The notes below the pieces were generated by a model. It saw only the letters and a program-made list of their open reading frames with translations, made no database searches and was not told the DNA's origin. A program made the translations under genes and the position numbers. 51,912 bases of DNA from an uncultured Lentisphaeraceae bacterium (GTDB lineage: Bacteria; Verrucomicrobiota; Kiritimatiellia; RFP12; UBA1067), in assembly GCA_964643945.1 (NCBI GenBank), contig CAZXVN010000612.1:1-51912 (forward strand), given 5' to 3'. Of the stretch, positions 44,680 to 51,912 are shown piece by piece. Numbering within the stretch: the first letter of the stretch is position 1; every line of letters starts with the position of its first letter.

Positions 44680-45906
44680 ATGCCTTTCTCGCTTTTCCTC
44701 GCGCTGAAATATCTCAAGCCCAAGCGCTCGTTCACCTCGGTCGTGACGTTGATCTCGGTGCTGGGCGTGGTGCTGGGCGTGGCGATCATCATCATCGTGC
44801 GGGCGGTCATGACCGGCTTCGGCGACATGTGGCACGAGAAGATCCTGGACTTCAAGCCCCACATCACCATCACGCCCGGCGGCGGCGGGGTGATCGAGAA
44901 GGAGGAGGCGGTCTGCCAGCGGCTGGAGCAGGTTCCAGGAGTCATCGCCGCCTCGCCCGGGCTCGAAATGCGCGTGCTGGTCGAGCGGCGCCGCCGCGTG
45001 GTGGCCCCGATGATCATCGGCACCGATCCGCAACGCGCGAAACGGGTCATGAAACTCGACCGCATGGCGGCCGGCGAATTCAACATCGAAGGCGACTCGG
45101 CGGTGCTGGGCATCGATCTGGCCGACGAGCTGGGCGTGAAGGTGGGCGACGATATTCTCGTGTACTCGCCGATGAACCTTGTCACCAAAGACGAGGTTTT
45201 TTTTCCTGAACGTCTGAAGATCACGGGCATCTACGACTCCGGACAGCGCGATTTCGACTCGGGCTTCATCATCACCTCGATCGCCGTGGCGCGCGACCTG
45301 ATGGGCATGCGCACGGGCGTCTACTCGATCCATCTGAAGGTGGAGCATCCGCAAGACATGGCGCTGTTCAACACGATCATCAAGGATGTCCGCATGTTGG
45401 TCCCCTTCTATACGGTCCGCACCTGGCAGGAGATCGACAGCCAGCTCTTCAACGCGCTCGCGGTGGAGAAGAACATGATGGTGATCCTGCTGATGTTCAT
45501 CACCGTGGTGGCGATCTTCTGCGTGACCAACACGCTGATCGTGCTGACTGTACAGAAGACCGACGAGATCGGGCTGCTCAAGGCGCTGGGCTTCTCCTCG
45601 CGGCAGGTGATGCTGGCCTTCGTGTTGCACGGGTGGATTCAGTGTCTGATCGGCACGGTGCTGGGCATCGGCGCGGCCTTTCTGATTCTGAAAAACCTGC
45701 AAGGGCTCGTGGCGTTCTTGGCGCAGCTGGGCGTGGAGGTTTTCCCGAAAGACATTTACGGGCTCGCCCAGATCCCGTGGCGCGTGGTCCCGCGCGAAGT
45801 CGCGGACGTTGCGGTTTCGGTGATTCTGTTCTGTACGGTGGCGAGCTTTCTGCCCGCCTGGCGTGCCGCCCGCATGGATCCGGTCACCGCATTGCGTAAG
45901 GAGTAG
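44680..45906 (+). CDS. lolE: LolC/LolE family lipoprotein-releasing ABC transporter permease (MacB/FtsX type).
   Basis: MPFSLFLALKYLKPKRSFTSVVTLISVLGVVLGVAIIIIV, and C-terminal FtsX-type helices ending PAWRAARMDPVTALRKE. Confidence 0.8.
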   Translation: MPFSLFLALKYLKPKRSFTSVVTLISVLGVVLGVAIIIIVRAVMTGFGDMWHEKILDFKPHITITPGGGGVIEKEEAVCQRLEQVPGVIAASPGLEMRVLVERRRRVVAPMIIGTDPQRAKRVMKLDRMAAGEFNIEGDSAVLGIDLADELGVKVGDDILVYSPMNLVTKDEVFFPERLKITGIYDSGQRDFDSGFIITSIAVARDLMGMRTGVYSIHLKVEHPQDMALFNTIIKDVRMLVPFYTVRTWQEIDSQLFNALAVEKNMMVILLMFITVVAIFCVTNTLIVLTVQKTDEIGLLKALGFSSRQVMLAFVLHGWIQCLIGTVLGIGAAFLILKNLQGLVAFLAQLGVEVFPKDIYGLAQIPWRVVPREVADVAVSVILFCTVASFLPAWRAARMDPVTALRKE

Positions 45907-45912
45907 GCGACG

Positions 45913-46590
45913 ATGCTGGCAGCCACTGATCTACAGAAGACCTACACCCTGCCCCACAAGCGCGTCGAGGTGCTGAAGGGCGCGTCGATCCAGGTGGACA
46001 AAGGCGAACGCGTGGCGATTGTCGGGCGCAGCGGTTCTGGCAAGAGCACCCTTCTGCATGTGCTGGGCGGGCTGGACCGGCCCGAGGCGGGCGAGGTGTG
46101 CCTGGACGGGCACCCGCTCTATGCGGCGTCGCAGCGCGTGCGCACGGCGCTGCGTGCGGCCAAGATCGGGTTCGTGTTTCAGTCGTACCACCTCTTGCCG
46201 GAGATGGACGTTACCGAGAATGTGATGCTGCCCGCCATGACGGGCGTGCTCAAGATCACGCGGGCGCAGATGCGGGAGCGGGCGCTGGCGCTTTTGGAGC
46301 AGGTGGGGCTGGCGGACCGCGCCACGCACATGCCGCTGGAGCTTTCCGGAGGCGAGCAGCAGCGCGTGGCGCTGGCGCGTGCCCTGATCAATGAGCCCGC
46401 GCTGATTCTGGCGGACGAGCCGACCGGCAACCTCGACCGCCTGACCGGCTCGCAGATCATGGAATTGTTGTTCGGCCTGTCCTGTACGCGCGACCTGGCG
46501 CTGGTGATGGTGACCCACTCGCCCGAGACCGCCGCGCTCTGCGATCGCGTGCTCGAACTGCATGACGGCCGGCTCGTGTCGTGCTCGTGA
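45913..46590 (+). CDS. lolD: LolD-type ABC transporter ATP-binding protein.
   Basis: Walker A GRSGSGKSTL, signature LSGGEQQRVALARAL, Walker B LILADEPTGNLD. Confidence 0.85.
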   Translation: MLAATDLQKTYTLPHKRVEVLKGASIQVDKGERVAIVGRSGSGKSTLLHVLGGLDRPEAGEVCLDGHPLYAASQRVRTALRAAKIGFVFQSYHLLPEMDVTENVMLPAMTGVLKITRAQMRERALALLEQVGLADRATHMPLELSGGEQQRVALARALINEPALILADEPTGNLDRLTGSQIMELLFGLSCTRDLALVMVTHSPETAALCDRVLELHDGRLVSCS

Positions 46591-46644
46591 TGGCCGGGCG
46601 TGTCTCCGGAATCACGGGTCGTGCTCCTCACGCCCGCATAGGCA

Positions 46645-49386
46645 TCATGGTGTCACGGGCTGGCCGTCGGCGTCGAGGAAACGCACCTCGCCGAAGTTGA
46701 GTTCACGGACGCCCGCCTCGATCTTCGCGCGGTCCCCGACGACCACCCACACGAGCTGATCCGGCTGCACAACTGTTTGCGCGGCTGCGGCCAGATCGTC
46801 CCGCTTGAGCGCGCGGATCTTGTCCGGATAGGTCTGCCAGGTGTCGTCCGGCAGTCCGAAACAGACGATCTCCGCCAGCGCGCCCGCCACGCTGCCTTGC
46901 GTCTCCCACAGGCCCGGGAGCTTGAGCGTCTGGCTGGTGACGACGCGTGCGAACTCGTCCCCGGTGACCGGTCGCGCGCCGAGGATGCCGCGCAGCTCGC
47001 CGTCGAGTTCTTGCAGGGTTTCTTTGGTCTTGTCGCCCTGAACCGGCACCATGGTCACGAACGGACGCTGGCCGCGGGCTGCGGCAATCGAGCTGCGCGC
47101 GCCGTAGGTCCAGTGTTTGCCCTCGCGCAGGTTCATGTTGATGCGCGACGTGAAATCACCCCCCAGAATCTTAGTCGTCAGCTCGATGGCGATCTCGTCG
47201 GGATTCGCCTTCGGCGGCGCGAGGTTGCCGACGTAAATCACGGACTGGACCGAGCCGGGCCGGTCGATGATGAAGACCGACGACGCTTTGCGCGGGGCGA
47301 CGGGCGCGATGTTCTTCTGCGGCACGCCGCCCGGTTTCCAGGCGTTGAACAGGCGCTCCAGTTTCGGCGTGACCGCAGCCAGCGTGGTATCGCCGACGAC
47401 CACGAGCGTGGCGTTGTTCGGCTTGAACCACGCTGCGTGGAACCGTCGCATATCGGCGGGGGTCAGCTGGGCTACGCTGGCTTCCGTGCCCGACCCCGTG
47501 AAGGGGTTGCCGTAGGCGTGCTGCGGGCCGTAGAGCAGCTGCGGAAAAACGCGCAAAGCCAGGGTTGCCGGCTCGGCCTTTTCGCGCTGGATGCCCGCCA
47601 GGCGCTGTTTCTGAAGCCGCTGGAAGTCGGCCTCGGGAAACGACGGGTTCAGGATCACATCGGCGTAGAGGTCGAGCGCGGCGTCGAGGGTTGACAGAAG
47701 CGTGTTGAGTGAAACGGTGGCGGTGTCCAACGAACACCCCGCGCCGAGGTCCGCGCCCAGCAGCGCCAGCTCGTCGCTGATCTCCAGAGACGTGCGCTTC
47801 CGGGTGCCTTCGGTGAGCATGTCCATCGCGAGCTTCGCGGTGCCGGGCAACGCGGACAGGTCCGCCGCGAAACCGGCGTCGAGGAGCAGGTGGAACTGCA
47901 CGGTCGGAATGCTGGGACGCTCAGCGAGGACGACTTTCAGACCGTTGGAGAGCGTCGCGCGCTGCAGGGCCGGGAAACGGGGCTCGGGCTTGATCTCGGG
48001 CACAGGCAGGGTTGTGCGGTCCACGTCGGCGGGGCTGCGGGTGAGTATTGGAAAAGGGTGGATCTCGAGCACGTATTGGCCGTCGGACAGCCACGCCTTC
48101 GCCGTGTCCCGCAGCTGGCGCGCGGAGGCCTCGCGAACCTCTTGCAAGCGGATCTTGTAATAATCGGGGCTGTCGAGAAAAACGCGGTTCGCTGCCAGCA
48201 GGTCGGACTTTCCGCCGAACCCGCCGATGCGCTCGACGCTGCGGATAAAATCGGCCGCGACCTGGGTTTTCACGCGCTGCAGCTCGCGTGCCGTTGGCCC
48301 TTCTTTCAGGAACCTCCGCAGTTCCTCGTCGATGGCCCTCTCGACCTGCGCGAGATCCGCGCCGGGCTTGGCGGTGGCGCAGATCATGAACTGCCCGGCG
48401 ATTTCGCTCAGGTCCGCATAGGCATGCACATCGGTGGCGGTCTGGTCGTCGTAAACCAGCCGCTTATACAGACGCGAGGTTTTGCCGCTGGAGAGCACGC
48501 TGCCGACGAGTTCCAAGATGTTGCCCTCGGTCGTGCCGTAGTTCGGGATGTTCCAGCTCTTGTAGAGGCGGGCTTGCGGCACGCGGTCCTCGGCACGCTG
48601 GCGCTGCGTGCCGGAACGCTTGGCGATCCAGGCGGTGTGCCGCGCGACGGGCGGCCCCGGGGGAACATTGCCGAAGTTCTTCTTCACCTTTTCGAGCACC
48701 TCCTGCGGCGTCACGTCGCCAGCCACGACGAGCGTGGCGTTGGCCGCGCCGTAGTAGGCCTTGAACCACTCCTGCACGTCTTCGAGCGAGGCGGCGTTCA
48801 GGTCCTCCATCGAGCCGATGACCGTCCAGGAGTACGGGTGTCCGGCGGGCCAGGTGCTTTTCGTGATGAGTTGCTGCGCGATGGCGTAGGGCTGGTTTTC
48901 GTGCTGGCGTTTCTCGTTCTGGACCACGCCGCGCTGCTCGTCGAGTTTGGCTTGCGAGATCGCACCCAGCATGTGGCCCATGCGGTCTGACTCGAGCCAG
49001 AGCAAATAGTCCAGCGCCTCTTTCGGCGCGTTCTCGAAGTAGTTGGTGCGGTCCTCGCTGGTGGTGCCGTTCATGTCGGTGGCGCCGACCTTCTCCGTGG
49101 CCTTGAAGAAATCGTCGTCGAAGTGCTCGCTGCCGTTGAACATCAGGTGCTCGAACAGGTGCGCGAAGCCGGTCTTGCCGGGCTTCTCGTTTTTTGAGCC
49201 GACGTGATACCAGATGTTTACGGCCACGATGGGCGCCTTGTGGTCCTCGTGGACAAGAAGGGTGAGCCCGTTGTCGAGGACGAAACGGGTGTACGGAATT
49301 TCGATGGGGGTATCGGGCTGTTTTGCCGAGGCGCCGACTGCCAGCGTGGACAGAATCACAAAACCGAATGGCCAGACTTTCTTCAT
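46645..49386 (-). CDS. Secreted M16 (pitrilysin/insulinase) family zinc peptidase, double-module.
   Basis: Starts MKKVWPFGFVILSTLAVGASA. Inverted zinc motif HLFEHLMFNGS. A second, inactive-type M16 pair occupies the C-terminal half. Confidence 0.85.
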   Translation of the reverse strand: MKKVWPFGFVILSTLAVGASAKQPDTPIEIPYTRFVLDNGLTLLVHEDHKAPIVAVNIWYHVGSKNEKPGKTGFAHLFEHLMFNGSEHFDDDFFKATEKVGATDMNGTTSEDRTNYFENAPKEALDYLLWLESDRMGHMLGAISQAKLDEQRGVVQNEKRQHENQPYAIAQQLITKSTWPAGHPYSWTVIGSMEDLNAASLEDVQEWFKAYYGAANATLVVAGDVTPQEVLEKVKKNFGNVPPGPPVARHTAWIAKRSGTQRQRAEDRVPQARLYKSWNIPNYGTTEGNILELVGSVLSSGKTSRLYKRLVYDDQTATDVHAYADLSEIAGQFMICATAKPGADLAQVERAIDEELRRFLKEGPTARELQRVKTQVAADFIRSVERIGGFGGKSDLLAANRVFLDSPDYYKIRLQEVREASARQLRDTAKAWLSDGQYVLEIHPFPILTRSPADVDRTTLPVPEIKPEPRFPALQRATLSNGLKVVLAERPSIPTVQFHLLLDAGFAADLSALPGTAKLAMDMLTEGTRKRTSLEISDELALLGADLGAGCSLDTATVSLNTLLSTLDAALDLYADVILNPSFPEADFQRLQKQRLAGIQREKAEPATLALRVFPQLLYGPQHAYGNPFTGSGTEASVAQLTPADMRRFHAAWFKPNNATLVVVGDTTLAAVTPKLERLFNAWKPGGVPQKNIAPVAPRKASSVFIIDRPGSVQSVIYVGNLAPPKANPDEIAIELTTKILGGDFTSRINMNLREGKHWTYGARSSIAAARGQRPFVTMVPVQGDKTKETLQELDGELRGILGARPVTGDEFARVVTSQTLKLPGLWETQGSVAGALAEIVCFGLPDDTWQTYPDKIRALKRDDLAAAAQTVVQPDQLVWVVVGDRAKIEAGVRELNFGEVRFLDADGQPVTP

Positions 49387-49514
49387 AATTCCCTGCTTGC
49401 TCTTCGTTGGGTGAATCAATAGGATGTATCGGAAAGCGGAAAGTGTCAAAGTAGAACACTTTGCCTTGGGTGTAAACGCAAATCCGTAGGACAGGGCGAC
49501 AAAAGGAGTGCTGC

Positions 49515-50945
49515 ATGACGAAGACCCAGACCGGAGCCCCTGGTGGCCGTTGGCCGGCCCAGATCAGGTATATCATCGGCAACGAGGCCTGCGAGCGCTT
49601 CAGCTACTACGGGATGCGCAGCGTTCTGGCCGGGTACATCACCGGGGCGGTGCTCAAAGGCGGGCTGGGGCAGTCCGAGGACATGGCCACCAGCACAATC
49701 CACCTCTTCGTTTGCGCCAACTATTTCACGCCGCTGCTCGGCGCGTGGCTGTCGGACAAACTCATCGGCCGCTATCACACGATTCTCTGGGTCTCGATGC
49801 TCTACTGCGTCGGCAACGGCGTGCTGGCGTGCAGCGACTGGATCGGCGGCGTGGACGATAAAATGAACTGCCTCTACGTGGGCCTTGGCCTGATCGCGTT
49901 GGGCTCGGGCGGCATCAAGCCCTGCGTGTCGGCCTTTGTCGGCGACCAGTTCAGGCCCGAGCAGTCCCACCTGCTGCAGAAGGCCTACGGCGCCTTCTAC
50001 TGGGCGATCAACTTCGGCTCGTTCTTTTCATTCCTCGTCATTCCGTGGGTGAAAGACCGCTGGGGCTTCGGCATCGCGTTCGGCGTGCCGGGCGTCCTCA
50101 TGGCGATCGCGACCTTGGTTTTCTGGCTGGGCACCCGGCTTTACGTGCGCGTGCCGCCTTCCCGCCAGACCCAGACGGCGGGCTTCTTCACGATCTTCTG
50201 GCAGGCGCTGTGTGCCCGCCGCGCGCCCGGCGTTCCTTTCTGGGAGGCGGCCGCGGGACGGTTCAGCCGGCAGGACATCGACGCGGCCAAGTCGGTGCTG
50301 CCCATTCTGTTTGTCTTCTCGCTGGTGCCGGCCTTCTGGATGCTCTTTGACCAGACCAATTCCACCTGGGTGATGCAGGGGCTGAAGATGGTGCCGGTCA
50401 AAATGTGGGGGATGGACTTCGGCGCGGAACAGATGCAATCCGCGAATCCCGCGCTCGTGATGCTGCTGGTGCCGCTGCTGACCTTGGTTGTTTACCCGCG
50501 CATCGGGCGGTTTGCAGCCCCCCTGAAGCGGATGGCCGCCGGCATGTTCCTGGGCGTAATTTCCTTTCTCCTCGTGGCCGCGATCCAGGCGCGCCTTGAG
50601 GCCGGAGCGCAGCTCAGCATCCTGCTGCAGCTTGTGCCGTATCTGATTCTCACCGCCGCCGAAGTGCTGGTTTCCTCGACCGGCCTCGAGTTCGCCTACC
50701 GCGAGGCCGCGCCGGAAATGAAGAGCATGATCATGAGCTTCTGGCTGTTGACGGTCGCGGTCGGCAACCTGATGATCGTGGGCATCACCAAGGTCTTCGG
50801 CAGCGCCGACCCCGGCGCGCACGCCTCGGTCAGCACCTCGCGCTTCCTGATGTACGCGGGCCTGTGCTTCGTGGTCGCCCTCCTGTTCAGCGTCCTGACC
50901 GCGAAATACAAGTACCGCGACGAGGCCGCCGCCCGCGGCGCGTAA
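49515..50945 (+). CDS. POT/PTR2 family proton-dependent oligopeptide transporter.
   Basis: GNEACERFSYYGMRSVLAGYI is the ExxERFxYYG signature, and GSGGIKPCVSAFVGDQF is present. The protein is polytopic. Confidence 0.85.
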   Translation: MTKTQTGAPGGRWPAQIRYIIGNEACERFSYYGMRSVLAGYITGAVLKGGLGQSEDMATSTIHLFVCANYFTPLLGAWLSDKLIGRYHTILWVSMLYCVGNGVLACSDWIGGVDDKMNCLYVGLGLIALGSGGIKPCVSAFVGDQFRPEQSHLLQKAYGAFYWAINFGSFFSFLVIPWVKDRWGFGIAFGVPGVLMAIATLVFWLGTRLYVRVPPSRQTQTAGFFTIFWQALCARRAPGVPFWEAAAGRFSRQDIDAAKSVLPILFVFSLVPAFWMLFDQTNSTWVMQGLKMVPVKMWGMDFGAEQMQSANPALVMLLVPLLTLVVYPRIGRFAAPLKRMAAGMFLGVISFLLVAAIQARLEAGAQLSILLQLVPYLILTAAEVLVSSTGLEFAYREAAPEMKSMIMSFWLLTVAVGNLMIVGITKVFGSADPGAHASVSTSRFLMYAGLCFVVALLFSVLTAKYKYRDEAAARGA

Positions 50946-51137
50946 GCTCCTGTGACGGCTCGGAAGAGCGAAGACAGGAGGCAGAAGCCAGAAGGCAGAA
51001 CAGCCGGTACATGGCGCTCCAGTCTTGGCCGGCCGCGCCGGCCGAGGAAATGCTCCGGCTGATGGCGTGGCGTCCCTGTCCCAACGGGAGTTAATTTGGT
51101 TTTGTGGCGGGCTCTTAGAACCTGCCCTTTATTTGCA

Positions 51138-51539
51138 TCAGCCTGCGGTGATCGCGATGCGCCGCGGCTTGACCTCTTCGCGTTTGGGCAACGTCAGAAT
51201 CAAGAGGCCGTTCTTCACCTTAGCTTTGATCTGCTCGCTGTCTAACTCGAAAGGCAGGTTGAAACTCCGCTGGAAAGCGCTCTTTTCCCCGTTGACCTGT
51301 TCTCTTTCTCCCTGGAGTGTCAGGACATTGGCGTCCACCGCCACATCCATTTTTTCGGGCTCTACACCCGCAACCTCGGCTTCGACAACGAGCCCCTGCT
51401 CGTTCTCCCAGACGTTGACGCGCGGAGAGTATCCGCTACGCGCGCGCCATGTGTTGCTGAAGAGATCATGCGGGAACTCAGTCATCAACGCATCAAACAC
51501 GCGCCACGGATTATTGATGGTGTTCAAATAGGCTCTCAT
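51138..51539 (-). CDS. Hsp20/alpha-crystallin family small heat-shock protein.
   Basis: PRVNVWENEQGLVVEAEVAGVEPEKMDVAVDANVLTLQGER...FQRSFNLPFELDSEQIKAKVKNGLLILTLPK. AGGAG lies 7 nt upstream of the ATG. Confidence 0.85.
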   Translation of the reverse strand: MRAYLNTINNPWRVFDALMTEFPHDLFSNTWRARSGYSPRVNVWENEQGLVVEAEVAGVEPEKMDVAVDANVLTLQGEREQVNGEKSAFQRSFNLPFELDSEQIKAKVKNGLLILTLPKREEVKPRRIAITAG

Positions 51540-51912
51540 GACGGGTCTCCTTTCGGTTTGAGAATACTTCCTTTTTGTCCACTTCTAATCGGTAGAAGCA
51601 ACTTTCTTAATGCACGACACATGCCAACCGCATGAAAGGTTCTGACAGCTATTCATAATATATTGTAAAACATCAATTTAGAACTTTTATTCCGTATTAA
51701 CACAAGACCCGGCAATGAGTCATACTGTCTCATTATAAGGACAAATAAAGTAACAATATGACGCAGAATGCCAAGGCCTGCCAGAACCCTGTCCGGATGG
51801 AAGGTTTCGGGGTTGATCCACAAGGGAAGAGGCCGGTTTGACTTTGCCCATCCGCTTTCTTCTCGGGGGTGATTCCACCCTGCGCGACAGGTTTCTTTCG
51901 CTTGCTGTGCAC

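Noticed and set aside
46595-46637. cgggcgtg...cacgcccg 8-bp inverted repeat between convergent lolD and the M16 peptidase gene as a terminator.
   Set aside because: The loop is ~26 nt and no U-tract follows on either strand. This is weak as an intrinsic terminator.
51838-51912. Possible start of a plus-strand gene running off the window: TTG start after aagagg, reading LTLPIRFLLGGDSTLRDRFLSLAVH (GDS-like SGNH motif).
   Set aside because: Only 25 codons are visible, the start is non-ATG, and a competing 57-codon minus-strand ORF exists. There is too little sequence to support a call.

Overview
This is a high-GC bacterial chromosome segment; hand-counted 60-nt lines in typical genes give about 65-68% GC. 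The gene content looks like an anaerobic polysaccharide- and amino-acid-fermenting PVC-type organism (Verrucomicrobiota, Kiritimatiellota or Lentisphaerota-like). That taxonomic guess is inference only.

Gene order, left to right:
- A tandem-domain gluzincin-like gene interrupted by an in-frame TGA.
- A secreted glycan-degradation cluster: a haem-c beta-propeller protein, an esterase-GH106-like fusion, a six-hairpin-like protein, and a GH106-like protein with a discoidin domain.
- A FecR-like secreted protein and a PpiD-like chaperone.
- On the minus strand, aspartate aminotransferase, then a cstA cassette bracketed by about 230-bp direct repeats of the 3' end of a tandem NDK-like gene, then ybeY.
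- A truncated capsid-like gene next to a low-GC islet and a frameshifted gene, probably a decayed mobile-element scar.
- iorA-iorB-paaK-ACT, an arylpyruvate fermentation module.
- A convergent six-gene hyfBCEFG(H+I)-type operon. Its 'hydrogenase' large subunit lacks all four [NiFe] cysteine ligands (Ehr-like). It is preceded by an HTH-PTS-EIIA gene.
- tRNA-Ala(CGC).
- A coiled-coil membrane protein and a mini-lipoprotein.
- A long operon: two TPR proteins, ExbB, ExbD, ExbD, a TM-linker-prenyltransferase-toroid protein in the position normally held by TonB, then LolE and LolD.
- An M16 peptidase, a POT peptide transporter and Hsp20.

No CRISPR array, rRNA, transposase or integrase was seen. Many long antisense ORFs in the track are high-GC shadow ORFs and were ignored. 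The most interesting candidates are the ligand-less Hyf-like complex and the TonB-less ExbBD-toroid-LolDE operon.
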